Shown here piece by piece: positions 38,056 through 47,947 of a stretch of DNA of 64,000 bases. The position numbers were made by a program, and so were the translations under genes. The notes under the pieces were generated by a model. It did not search any database, was not told the origin of the DNA, and saw only the letters and a program-made list of their open reading frames with translations. The stretch is from an uncultured archaeon (GTDB taxonomy: Archaea > Asgardarchaeota > Thorarchaeia > Thorarchaeales > Thorarchaeaceae). The stretch lies in NCBI GenBank assembly GCA_964558645.1, contig CAZLEV010000006.1:124263-188262 (forward strand), in the 5' to 3' direction. How positions within the stretch are numbered: position 1 is the first letter of the stretch; each line of letters begins with the position of its first letter.

Positions 38056-39297
38056 TCAGGAGCTCATATGTATCAGTTTGCTAAGACCGGTGAGGAAGCG
38101 GTCTACATCTTCTGTGTTATTGTAGATATAGAAGCTGGCGCGGACTGAACCATTCTTGGGGTTGATTCCCAGCTGATAATGAAATGGACCTGCACAGTGC
38201 CACCCGCTTCTCACCATCACACCGAACTCTGTGTCAAGGAAGGTAGCAACATCATGAGCAGACTCCACTGTATCCACTGTAAAGGTAACAAGACCGGTTC
38301 TGATGGTGATGTTACTGGTTCCGATTATGTGCACATTCTCCATACTCAGAAGCTTCTCAAGAGCACGAGACAGCAGGGTCTTTTCGCGTTTCTCAATTTC
38401 CTTCATTCCGATTGCTTGCAGATACTCAGCGGCGGTTCCCGCACCAATGGCACCAGCATAATTCTGAAGACCTGCCTCGAACTTCTCTGGAGGGGGCAAG
38501 TATTCTGGGATAATTTGACCATTCTCGAAGCGCACATCTGCAACGGTATCGCCTCCAGTTAGAAACATGTCCATCTCGTTGAGAAGACTTGACTTCGCGT
38601 ATAGAAGGCCCATACCCGATGGCCCACACATTTTGTGCACTGATATGGCGGAGAAATCAACATCGGAGGCTTGGACATCCATAGGATGATGGGGAGCGTA
38701 CTGTGCATCGTCAGAGAGAACAAGAGCCCCCCGATCATGGGCTAATTCGATGATTGCCTCCAAGGGAGCAACAGTTCCCGTGACATTGGAAGAGTGAACA
38801 ACTGATACCATACGCGTATCGTGGTCAATTGCCTCCTTCCATGCTTCGATATCGAACGTGCCATCTGAGTCCGCCTTGACAATCTCAACTCTCAGATCAT
38901 CTCGTTTGGCACGTTCCACAAAGGGCAGCGAACCGCTATGGTGCTCTAATGATGTTGTGACAATTTTCGAACCTGCAGGAAGTTTCACAGACTGAGCCAC
39001 TATGTTTATTGATTCGGTTGCATTCCGAGTCCAAATGCATTCATGAGGGCTGTCTGCGTTGATAAATTCCGCAAACTTCTCCCTTGCTCGATCATACGCT
39101 TCAGAAACTTCCCTTCCAAAGGTATGAATGCTTCGACCCCCACAGGCGGGATATCTTTCGTAGTATTCGTTCATGGCATCAATGACCTGCCGTGGCTTCA
39201 GTGCCATACAAGCACTGTCAAGGTAGACAGGACTGTGTCCGTCTATGGTTCTCTTCAATGCGGGGAAATCATTGCGGATTCTGTTCCAGTCGACCAC
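38056..39297 (-). CDS. sufS: Cysteine desulfurase (SufS-like, class V PLP)
   Basis: YLDSA, EHHS, SNVTG, DDAQ, HKMCGP, FEAG, RSGWHCA. Confidence 0.92.
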   Translation of the reverse strand: MVDWNRIRNDFPALKRTIDGHSPVYLDSACMALKPRQVIDAMNEYYERYPACGGRSIHTFGREVSEAYDRAREKFAEFINADSPHECIWTRNATESINIVAQSVKLPAGSKIVTTSLEHHSGSLPFVERAKRDDLRVEIVKADSDGTFDIEAWKEAIDHDTRMVSVVHSSNVTGTVAPLEAIIELAHDRGALVLSDDAQYAPHHPMDVQASDVDFSAISVHKMCGPSGMGLLYAKSSLLNEMDMFLTGGDTVADVRFENGQIIPEYLPPPEKFEAGLQNYAGAIGAGTAAEYLQAIGMKEIEKREKTLLSRALEKLLSMENVHIIGTSNITIRTGLVTFTVDTVESAHDVATFLDTEFGVMVRSGWHCAGPFHYQLGINPKNGSVRASFYIYNNTEDVDRFLTGLSKLIHMSS

Positions 39298-39299
39298 GG

Positions 39300-39533
39300 C
39301 TATTTCCTCTTCAGTTGCCAGCGATAGCCACCCTTGCCGAATTCTCTGGTTACAAGTCCTCTGTCGACTAGTTGGTTGGCAGCAGCCACAAAGGCATCAC
39401 CACCAGCACAGTCCGAACAAAATTCCTCATACTGAGCACTCTGTGCGTACTCGAGTATCTCTGAAGTTGTCAGAGGACCGGCATCTTCCAGTATCATGAG
39501 AACACATCTCGCGTTTGCTGTGAGGGTTGACAT
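39300..39533 (-). CDS. Small winged-helix protein
   Basis: GPLTTSEI...LVDRGLVTREFGKGGYRWQL; CSDC motif; abuts the desulfurase gene. Confidence 0.75.
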   Translation of the reverse strand: MSTLTANARCVLMILEDAGPLTTSEILEYAQSAQYEEFCSDCAGGDAFVAAANQLVDRGLVTREFGKGGYRWQLKRK

Positions 39534-39689
39534 CAGTTCCGGCTCGGCGAGAAGGACAATATGAAGGCTTCTATCGAGTATCTGGGCAATATTCTTAACA
39601 TAATGCTTAAAACGGCTCTACCATGGAGCAGCTTGTTCTATTTCTATCAGAGCTGGGCTCTGTTATGAGAAAAGACAAGGTGTTTCATT

Positions 39690-39941
39690 ATGGGACGAAG
39701 ACGCAGACAGAAGGTTAGTAGAAGGCCAAGGAAGAGGATTCCCGATGTCTATCCATGTCCAGACTGTGGAAACACAGCGATTAAGATAGAGCTCTATCGG
39801 AAGAATGCCATGGCCATGGTTAAATGCGGATCATGTGGCCTTGAGATGACCATAGAGGATGTAAATGAACTGACAGAACCCGTTGATATCTATGGTAACT
39901 TCATAGATGAGTTCTATGAACAAAGGAAGGCAGAGGCATAG
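39690..39941 (+). CDS. elf1: Transcription elongation factor Elf1
   Basis: MGRRRR, CPDCG, CGSCG, EPVDIYGNFID. Confidence 0.93.
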   Translation: MGRRRRQKVSRRPRKRIPDVYPCPDCGNTAIKIELYRKNAMAMVKCGSCGLEMTIEDVNELTEPVDIYGNFIDEFYEQRKAEA

Positions 39942-40003
39942 ATACGTTCATTGGTATTCAGGAACGATTATAAGCCAGATTCTTTGGAGGACACAAGATT
40001 CAC

Positions 40004-40120
40004 ATGCAAGCCAATTTATTCACTCAGATAATTGGACTCGTTCTGACAGGGTTCGGAATTCTTGCCCTATTACTAAGCCTGGTTTATACGGTGTATGGTG
40101 ACGACGAACCCGAAGAATAG
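40004..40120 (+). CDS. 38-aa single-TM microprotein
   Basis: Manual translation MQANLFTQIIGLVLTGFGILALLLSLVYTVYGDDEPEE; TTATAA box ~30 nt upstream. Confidence 0.55.
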   Translation: MQANLFTQIIGLVLTGFGILALLLSLVYTVYGDDEPEE

Positions 40121-40370
40121 CACGATGAGGGTCTCGTACAGATAACAGACTCGCACACTCGATCATTAGCGTTGTTTCTCAAAGACTTGTTCCTCACTGC
40201 TGGAGCTGACCAAAGAAATCAAAGGAATTCTTTCGTGTGTTTGTAAGAACCCGGAAGACAGCAGCAGGGATAAGCAAGAAACAATGAGCATGTAGAAACC
40301 ACTGTGAGAAGGGGTATCCGCATCTTGATTAAGAAGACTTGGCACATGATGATGATGGGGACAACTTGAT

Positions 40371-43208
40371 ATGAATGCCTTCGACTTGCTTGACAGAAGG
40401 ATAACAGACTTCCTGTCCAAAGATGGCATTACGACTCCCACCCCCATTCAGGAAGAGGCAATTCCACGGATTCTGAAGAGAGAGGAGAGCTTTCTGCTTC
40501 TGGCTCCAACAGGAAGTGGAAAGACGGAGGCCGCGGTGCTTCCTCTTTTGAACAGATTGAATGAGATGCGCCACAGAAAGGAGCTCTTCGGCTTCTATGT
40601 ACTCTATGTGACTCCTCTAAGAGCATTGAATAGAGACGTCTTCAAGCGAATTGAGGGCCTATGTGAGCACTTGGATCTATCAGTTCAGGTAAGGCACGGG
40701 GATACAACCTCGTATCGAAGGAGAAAGCAAGCTATATTCCCTCCGAATTTCCTCATCACCACTCCTGAGACACTTCAGGCCATTCTCCCGGGTAAGCGAC
40801 TCCGATATCATCTCAAGACTGTCTTTGCTGTAGTGGTGGACGAGATACACGAACTTGCTGATAGTAAGAGAGGGACACAGCTTAGCATAGGGCTTGACAG
40901 GTTAGAGAGGCTGGTTGGGAAAAGAATTCAAAGGATAGGGCTCTCAGCTACAGTGGGTAACCCTGACGACGTGGCTTCGCTCTTGTCAGGTCCTGAAAGG
41001 CGGGTCAGAAAGATATGGGCCGGTTATGATGCTCGCCAAATGCAACTGGATGTCGTAATGCCACAACCGACTGATGGCGATAGTGCTGTTGCACGACGGT
41101 TGCATTATCCCCCATATTCGACCGCTCGGCTTAGATACATAGTTGAGCAGATTGCCAATCATGAATCCACTATAGTGTTTACTAACACAAGGGCTTTTGC
41201 AGAGGTTCTCGGGTCAAAGATGAGAGGGCTGAGTCCGCCGTTTGAGTTTGATGTTCACCATGGATCGCTCTCAAAAGATGTGCGCCTCGCTGCAGAAGAC
41301 AGACTCAAGGACGGTACGTCGAAGGCTATTGTGGCAACATCGAGTCTTGAGCTTGGTATCGATATCGGGCAGGCCGATCTTGTTATTCAGTATAGCTCTC
41401 CAAGAGAAGTCAGGCGTGCACTACAGAGATCCGGACGCGCAGGACATGGAATAGGACGGGTAGCAAAGGGGCTGTTTGTTGCAACTGCTAACCTAGATGA
41501 TATTACTGAGTCTGCAGTCATAGTACGTAGAGCTCTCTCAAACAAAGTAGAAGAAGCAGCAATACCGGAGAAATCTTGGGATGTTCTATGTCATCAGATT
41601 GCTGGTGTGTTATTGGATGAAGACAGCTTGAGTCTTGACGAGTTGCACAGTCGCATTCAGATGTCTTATCCCTTCAGAAACACTACTCGTGAGGAACTAA
41701 AGCGATTGTTGGATTTCATGATAGACAGAAAGCTGATCAAGAGAGTAGGGACATCGATTGAACGTTGGGGAAAGACTCGCGTCTTCTATTATGAGAGGTT
41801 AAGTACAATTCCGGATGTCCATCAGGTGACTGCAATCGACATAAGCTCTAGAACGGGAATCGGAGTGCTTGATGAGGATTATGTGTCTGAGAACATAGAG
41901 CCTGGATCTCTATTTGTTATTCGGGGCAGACCGTATAGAGTCGTAAGCATAGAAGAAGATGAGGTTTTGTGTGCCCCTGCTGGAGAAGAGGACAGTGATG
42001 CTCCACGTTGGATTGGTGAGATGATACCCGTTCCGTTCGAAGTTGCTACTGAAGTGGCAGATGTCTGGACCAGAGTAGGACGAATGGAAAGAAAGCGCAT
42101 AGCTCCTTGGTTGACACGACAATACAGGATGTCGGATGCCGCTCAGAAGCACCTCATTGATATGGTAGACAAGAGCATAGAGGCGCTTGGAACACTCTCC
42201 TCTGTGGACAGGATTGTTATCGAGGATTTTGGAGAGGGAATAGTCATCCATGTACCATATGGAACGAAGACGAATGAAACACTTGGAATTGTAGTTGCAT
42301 CTCTCTTGACTACAAGGAGTGGGGTAGATGTGGCGGTTGAACAAGACCCATATCGAATCTTATTATCATCTTCAGGGAAGATAGATCCACAATACGTGGT
42401 GGACATATTCTCTGACTATACTCCGGTGCAGGTTTCTACAGTTCTCAGACTGGCAATGAAGAACACACAGACTTTCGCGTCCCGATTTGTTCATGTAGCA
42501 AGACGAATGGATGTGATCCGCAGAGATGCCAAACTTCGAGAGGTGCCCGTACGGCTTCTTATTGTTATTTATGAAGAAACTCCCGTATTCGAGGAGGCAA
42601 TGAGAGAGGTGATTGCTGATAAGATGGACGAGCAGCGTGCGATGGAGGTGTTCGATAAAGTACGGAATGGCAAAATCGGGTTGCATATAGTAAGAACAAC
42701 CGAACCTTCGCATCTAGCCCGTCTGATAATCGAAGAGAAGACCCGGTTTGAAGTAATGGGAGAGATAACAGAGGAAGACGAGGTGCTTCGAATGATGGAA
42801 GAGAGACTTCTGTCAAGCAAATTCAGATTGCTATGCATTAATCGGCACTGGAACTCGGTCCGAACCATTTCAACCCTTGAAGAGGTGGTCAGCTGCCCCG
42901 TCTGTGGGTCGAGAATGGTTTTGGCAGTTCATCCATCACAGAAGGATCTAGAGAGAGTATTGACGAAGCTTTCAAAGGGAGAGAAGCTTTCTGCAGATGA
43001 AGAGAAGAAATACAAAAGGGCGATGCTGTCAGCTTCCCTAGTTTCAGAGTACGGAAGGGCTGCGCTCATGGTGCTTGCGGGAAGAGGAATTGGGCCCAGT
43101 ACTGCTTCACGTATACTGCGGCCAAGCCGTCTAGCAAGAAGGAGTCTGTTACAGGAGATAGCAAAGGCGGAGAAGATGTATGCAAGAACACGGCAATTCT
43201 GGGACTAA
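40371..43208 (+). CDS. lhr: Lhr-family DEAD/H helicase
   Basis: APTGSGKT, RHGDT, DEIH, LSAT, HHGSLS, LELGID, QRSGRAGH. Confidence 0.95.
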   Translation: MNAFDLLDRRITDFLSKDGITTPTPIQEEAIPRILKREESFLLLAPTGSGKTEAAVLPLLNRLNEMRHRKELFGFYVLYVTPLRALNRDVFKRIEGLCEHLDLSVQVRHGDTTSYRRRKQAIFPPNFLITTPETLQAILPGKRLRYHLKTVFAVVVDEIHELADSKRGTQLSIGLDRLERLVGKRIQRIGLSATVGNPDDVASLLSGPERRVRKIWAGYDARQMQLDVVMPQPTDGDSAVARRLHYPPYSTARLRYIVEQIANHESTIVFTNTRAFAEVLGSKMRGLSPPFEFDVHHGSLSKDVRLAAEDRLKDGTSKAIVATSSLELGIDIGQADLVIQYSSPREVRRALQRSGRAGHGIGRVAKGLFVATANLDDITESAVIVRRALSNKVEEAAIPEKSWDVLCHQIAGVLLDEDSLSLDELHSRIQMSYPFRNTTREELKRLLDFMIDRKLIKRVGTSIERWGKTRVFYYERLSTIPDVHQVTAIDISSRTGIGVLDEDYVSENIEPGSLFVIRGRPYRVVSIEEDEVLCAPAGEEDSDAPRWIGEMIPVPFEVATEVADVWTRVGRMERKRIAPWLTRQYRMSDAAQKHLIDMVDKSIEALGTLSSVDRIVIEDFGEGIVIHVPYGTKTNETLGIVVASLLTTRSGVDVAVEQDPYRILLSSSGKIDPQYVVDIFSDYTPVQVSTVLRLAMKNTQTFASRFVHVARRMDVIRRDAKLREVPVRLLIVIYEETPVFEEAMREVIADKMDEQRAMEVFDKVRNGKIGLHIVRTTEPSHLARLIIEEKTRFEVMGEITEEDEVLRMMEERLLSSKFRLLCINRHWNSVRTISTLEEVVSCPVCGSRMVLAVHPSQKDLERVLTKLSKGEKLSADEEKKYKRAMLSASLVSEYGRAALMVLAGRGIGPSTASRILRPSRLARRSLLQEIAKAEKMYARTRQFWD

Positions 43209-43794
43209 GAAGCCTCTTGTGGTATTTGCAGGCAGAAGCAACGTCGGAAAGAGTAGCACGATAAGAGCTCTCACGGGGGTCAAACTGCGTGTAGGCAAGA
43301 AACCCGGCAGTACAAAGAGAGAAAGGAAGGTGGATCTTGGATCCGTAATGCTTGTTGATATACCTGGATTTGGTTACATGAGTGGGACTAGCAAGACTGA
43401 CATAGAGAATATGAAGGTAGATGTGGTTCAACAGCTGGAAGAGTGGAGTGATGATATACTACTGGGCGTGTTGGTACTGGACATCTCGATATTTAGAGAG
43501 ATTGCCCAGAGATGGGAGAGTCGAGGTGAGATTCCCATCGATGTAGAATTCTATACGTTTCTTAACGAAATAGCGGACAGTGTTTTGGTCATTGCAAACA
43601 AAATAGACAAGGTGAAGAAAAGGAATCGCCATGATGAACTCGAGTTCCTTAGATACAAACTCATAGCATCTCTTCCTACAGTTGAACCATTGATTATGCC
43701 TATATCAGCCTCAAGAGAGCAGGGAATCGGACAATTGAGAAACGCCATGACAGAGATGATACAGGCAGCAGGGCTTGGCAATCCACAATGGTAG
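43180..43794 (+). CDS. engB: EngB/YihA-family GTPase
   Basis: GRSNVGKS, PGST, DIPGFG, NKID. Confidence 0.93.
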   Translation: MQEHGNSGTKKPLVVFAGRSNVGKSSTIRALTGVKLRVGKKPGSTKRERKVDLGSVMLVDIPGFGYMSGTSKTDIENMKVDVVQQLEEWSDDILLGVLVLDISIFREIAQRWESRGEIPIDVEFYTFLNEIADSVLVIANKIDKVKKRNRHDELEFLRYKLIASLPTVEPLIMPISASREQGIGQLRNAMTEMIQAAGLGNPQW

Positions 43795-43801
43795 GTGCCT
43801 G

Positions 43802-44908
43802 TTATCGTTTCTTCCTCAAAACGTAGTAGGCTACACCGACGAGGAAGACTGCAGTCGAGATTACAATCAAGGGTTCTACCGCACTAGGTGGCTCCACAAA
43901 GCCTTCCGATAGCCAATCGAGCATATTCATGAATAGGTGGGAATTGTCAGCTGAATAGAACCACTGCTGCTCAGTTCTGGAATCGGAGTCGGGGAGATCC
44001 AAGGTACGACCGGAAAACATTATGGTAGAACCTGAAACAACCACCCTGCTATTTCCATATTCAAAGGCGCTCAACCATGGAGGATATGTTCCGTTGATAG
44101 CGGAATAAGACCGAGGGCGTTCCTCAAATTCAGCTAAGGACATGTTGGGAAAAGAGAAGTTGGCAAATGTGTTGGGCCCACGTCTATACTGAGCGAAAGA
44201 TGATTCGGAACCAGTAGCAACAACTCCAACTGCATCAAGCGGTTTCAGAGTGGCAGTCATAAGAACAAGTTCGTTTATGTCACGGAAGATGGGATGCTCT
44301 GGGTTCCAGTTGTTTGTGTCCATTCGCAGAACCCAGGGATGGGTCCCATTCAGGGCCAATTCATAGTCGAACATTGCATCTTGCCAGTATCTATCAGCAC
44401 CAGTTTCGTTGATACTGAAACGTACTCCCGTGACATTCAGTGCGTCAAGGAACCGGTTTACTGCAATGTTATCACCTAAGTCTTGAAATGGCTGCTCACT
44501 CCAATAGGTGGAATTCTGACTGATTGCAGGATCGCCTAGAACTAGGAGCGAACTCCCGTTATTCAGCATCTCTTTGATGGCAGATACTTCTTCTATCTCA
44601 AACTCAGAGCTTCTGTCAGGCGATGCAACTATCAAGATATCGACACCTTCGAGGATTGTATCGTTGATAGGAGAGCCCTGATGTACTTTCAAAAGGTACC
44701 TAGTTGATGCATTTACCATGTCAAGCATGAGTTTCAGACCCCTCTCTTCGTTATCTGCAGAGAATTGAGGCGCATGGCTTGCATCATAGAGGACCACAAC
44801 AGGATCAAGTTCTCTCTGTGCCCGGACCTCCACCTGAATACTTGTGAATATGATCATGAAAGCGATGACGGCTACACAGACCTTAGTGAGTTTCCCGAGC
44901 TTCACCAT
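43802..44908 (-). CDS. Type I membrane protein with GATase-like/GIFT extracellular domain
   Basis: Signal peptide, VLYDASH, DILIVASP, GSSLLVLGD, NMLDWL, C-terminal TM helix + RKKR. Confidence 0.75.
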   Translation of the reverse strand: MVKLGKLTKVCVAVIAFMIIFTSIQVEVRAQRELDPVVVLYDASHAPQFSADNEERGLKLMLDMVNASTRYLLKVHQGSPINDTILEGVDILIVASPDRSSEFEIEEVSAIKEMLNNGSSLLVLGDPAISQNSTYWSEQPFQDLGDNIAVNRFLDALNVTGVRFSINETGADRYWQDAMFDYELALNGTHPWVLRMDTNNWNPEHPIFRDINELVLMTATLKPLDAVGVVATGSESSFAQYRRGPNTFANFSFPNMSLAEFEERPRSYSAINGTYPPWLSAFEYGNSRVVVSGSTIMFSGRTLDLPDSDSRTEQQWFYSADNSHLFMNMLDWLSEGFVEPPSAVEPLIVISTAVFLVGVAYYVLRKKR

Positions 44909-44998
44909 ATGCTCCTTCCGACTTTTCTTGCTCTGTCAGCGTGGTCGAATCGGGGCGGTGTTAAAAACTTATCTTCAGACATGTTGCAGTGACGCCCT

Positions 44999-45385
44999 TC
45001 AGTCGGTCCTGCGCCACTTATTATAGAGCCTTCTTCTTTCAGAGTCGCTGGTTTCGGCATTCTCATATAATTCGCGAACCTCCGCTATTCGCTGGGCAAG
45101 CATATGATAACACATCTCAAACTCGTGTGCAATAACCACAGATTGGTAGAAACTTCTGCAGCTGCAGTAGACATCCGGAATCACCAAATACTCGCGCTTT
45201 CCGCCCTCTACAGTCCATGTAGTTGTATCACTTGGCAAGAAGTGATAGCGAATGACACGCCTCTCTTCTACCGCTCGTAATGCTCTGATGAATCGATTGT
45301 TATACTTGTTGCGAAAATACTGGATAGTGTCCTGAGTCAGCTCATCCTCTGACAGTAGACGAATCTCATAGGGATTGAGCGGCAT
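44999..45385 (-). CDS. SWIM zinc-finger protein
   Basis: YCSCRSF...MCYHMLA. Confidence 0.85.
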   Translation of the reverse strand: MPLNPYEIRLLSEDELTQDTIQYFRNKYNNRFIRALRAVEERRVIRYHFLPSDTTTWTVEGGKREYLVIPDVYCSCRSFYQSVVIAHEFEMCYHMLAQRIAEVRELYENAETSDSERRRLYNKWRRTD

Positions 45386-45446
45386 TTTCCTCATAGCTCT
45401 GTTCACAAGACCATGTTAAAATGATATAGCTTTCTCAAAGCATCAT

Positions 45447-46274
45447 ATGGAAACCATCTTCGATGACAGGGCACTCGTTCTTCGGTTGGATGGTGTATGT
45501 ATTCTGCTTGTAGCAGATCTACATCTTGGTCTTCACGAAGCTTTGTATCAGGAGAAGGGAGTTGCTTTTCCACCGCAAGACCAGCCTATGCTTCAACGCA
45601 TCAAATCGCTCACTCACAAACACGAGGTAGAGAAACTTTACATTCTAGGTGATGTCAAGCACGAGATCCTTGTGGATCATGCATACAACTGGGATAAGAT
45701 CCCGCATTTCATGGAGAGTCTTACAAGAGTGGCAGAAGTCAGTGTCGTACCAGGAAACCATGATGGCAATCTATCTGCGCTTCTTCCGAGGGATATAGAA
45801 ATACTGGATGTGAGAGGGCATACGATAGCCGACGGAAAAATAGGTCTGATCCACGGTCATGCTTGGCCAAATCCTAGCATTCTTTACGCATCACTTATTG
45901 TGTGTGGTCACAGCCATCCTGGTGTAAGACGGTTTCGAAGAGCTGACGTGCCTGATATTCATCATCCAAGACGAGTGAGATATGCAGGTACATTACCGGT
46001 CTTTCTTCGTTCCAGCTTGAACAATAACTGTGTCAGAGAGAATCTCGGAGTGTCACCTCTTGTAGACACGAGTCATGCGACCCTTCTCACAATGCCGAGC
46101 TTCAACAAACTTGTTTCGGGTGGAGGGATTCACAACAAAGGTACGGGATTGCGGGGGCCACTGTTTAGAAGCGGCTGTGTTGATGTGGCACACTCAGAGG
46201 TATACAGTATTGATGGACTGTTCTTAGGTACAGTAGCATCCATCACAAAGCAGCTCAACGAAACGATTAAATGA
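45447..46274 (+). CDS. Metallophosphoesterase
   Basis: ADLHLG, GDVKH, GNHD, HGH, GHSHP, PSFN. Confidence 0.92.
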   Translation: METIFDDRALVLRLDGVCILLVADLHLGLHEALYQEKGVAFPPQDQPMLQRIKSLTHKHEVEKLYILGDVKHEILVDHAYNWDKIPHFMESLTRVAEVSVVPGNHDGNLSALLPRDIEILDVRGHTIADGKIGLIHGHAWPNPSILYASLIVCGHSHPGVRRFRRADVPDIHHPRRVRYAGTLPVFLRSSLNNNCVRENLGVSPLVDTSHATLLTMPSFNKLVSGGGIHNKGTGLRGPLFRSGCVDVAHSEVYSIDGLFLGTVASITKQLNETIK

Positions 46275-46300
46275 CTGCCGAGAGGGGGGTTTCTTGTCAT

Positions 46301-46377
46301 GGGTCGGTGGTCTAGCTTGGTATGATTCTTGGTTCGGATCCAAGAGGCCGCGAGTTCAAATCTCGTCCGGCCCACCA
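46301..46377 (+). tRNA. tRNA-Pro(CGG), CCA encoded
   Basis: GGGTCGG/CCGGCCC acceptor, CTTGG-TTCGGAT-CCAAG anticodon arm, GCGAG-TTCAAAT-CTCGT T arm. Confidence 0.95.
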
Positions 46378-46469
46378 TCTACTTTCTCTCCCGTGTTTGT
46401 ACGCTACATAGAAACGGAAACCTCCACCATGCTTTTCTTATGGCACATGCTAGATAGTATTCGATTGAT

Positions 46470-47753
46470 ATGTCGCGTGTCGGGATTGTTGATATTGGCA
46501 ATAGCATTGATGTAGCCGTGAAGACCATATTTGATGAAACGGCACCTGGAGAGGAGCTTCTAGGAGAATCCGGCAAAGTCTATCTGAAACCAAATGGGAT
46601 TGATTTCAAGCCCTATGCTTTCACAGACAAACACGTACTCAAGGCTGTGATAGAGTACTTCTACGATTGTGGAGCCTCTGAAGTCTTTGTGATAGAGAAT
46701 TCAACCCAGGCCAATATGACACGCATTGTATTCAGATTCACGGGTTATGGCGATGTCTGTAAGGAAACGGGTGCGAAACCTGCCTATCTTGACGAGGAGA
46801 ACCTACTCAAGGTCAAACTGCCTCATTTTGAAGAAACTGTATCATTTCCAAGGCTGGTCGTGGAGGAACTGATAGAACGCCGCAAGGAGAACACCTACGT
46901 TTCGTTGCCCAAACTCAAGACACATTCTATGAGCACCGTTACCTTGGGGGTCAAGAATCAGATGGCCTTTCCATCCCATAAGGACAGAGGTTATTCACAC
47001 AACTACAATCTTCATAGGTATCTGGCTGACCTTTACAACGTGGTGAAACCGGACTATACTCTCATTGATGGGACTCATGCAGTGTTCAATGGGCACTATC
47101 CCCTTGAGGCATTTCTGAGCGAGTCACTTGACAGATTGGATGTACTCATCGGTGGCAGGGACACACTGGCAGTTGATGTTGTTGGTGCAAAGGTTCTGGG
47201 CTATCGAGTGGATGAGGTAAAGCACCTAGCCATAGTCAAAGCAGATGGTCTAGGAGAAGGAAACATCGAGAATATAGACGTTCTGGGGGACCTCTCTCGT
47301 TTCAAGAAACGATATCCATGTGATATCCCGAACGGAATGCCCGATGACGTTCGGATTATCAGAGGGACCGAGATGCTCTGTCCCGAGGGCTGTGATCTCA
47401 ATGTCAGAATGGTCCTACAATTGTTGTATTTCGATTATGGGGGAAAGGGAGATTTCACTATTCTAATGGGCAAGGGATTCGACAGAGAAGTCCTCGAGTC
47501 CATCGAAGGACGAGTCTTCGTTGCCGGGGACTGCGCCATAACTGAAGCAAAAGAGATTCTTGAGAACAGACTGGGGAAGAGAAATGTCTATGTTTCGCCG
47601 ACCTGCAACAGGCTTGCAGACACGACATCTGCACTCTGTGAACTAATGGGAGTTAGCCCATTGAAATTACTGCCATCGCGATTGGCAGGTGCAAGGGCTC
47701 TGATAATGGGCAGGTTGAAGGGCTCCAATGCACTGACTCCAAAAATAATGTAG
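46470..47753 (+). CDS. DUF362-family protein
   Basis: VYLKPN, SLPKLKTH, TLGVKN, LIDG, D.LAVD motifs. Confidence 0.85.
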   Translation: MSRVGIVDIGNSIDVAVKTIFDETAPGEELLGESGKVYLKPNGIDFKPYAFTDKHVLKAVIEYFYDCGASEVFVIENSTQANMTRIVFRFTGYGDVCKETGAKPAYLDEENLLKVKLPHFEETVSFPRLVVEELIERRKENTYVSLPKLKTHSMSTVTLGVKNQMAFPSHKDRGYSHNYNLHRYLADLYNVVKPDYTLIDGTHAVFNGHYPLEAFLSESLDRLDVLIGGRDTLAVDVVGAKVLGYRVDEVKHLAIVKADGLGEGNIENIDVLGDLSRFKKRYPCDIPNGMPDDVRIIRGTEMLCPEGCDLNVRMVLQLLYFDYGGKGDFTILMGKGFDREVLESIEGRVFVAGDCAITEAKEILENRLGKRNVYVSPTCNRLADTTSALCELMGVSPLKLLPSRLAGARALIMGRLKGSNALTPKIM

Positions 47754-47947
47754 GATGCCCGAAGATGGCTGTCAGACCTCTCTTGAGTATATGCTTTCTC
47801 AGACAGAAGACGGTTCTTGGTGTGAATCATGGGGCACAAACAGCCACTGAGGATAATAGTTGTAGAATCAGCTAGTTGTCGAAGGAAGAGTTCAAAAGCA
47901 GCGATTATCTACCGCGGATTACAGCTTCAATCTACGAGAGTGAGAGA

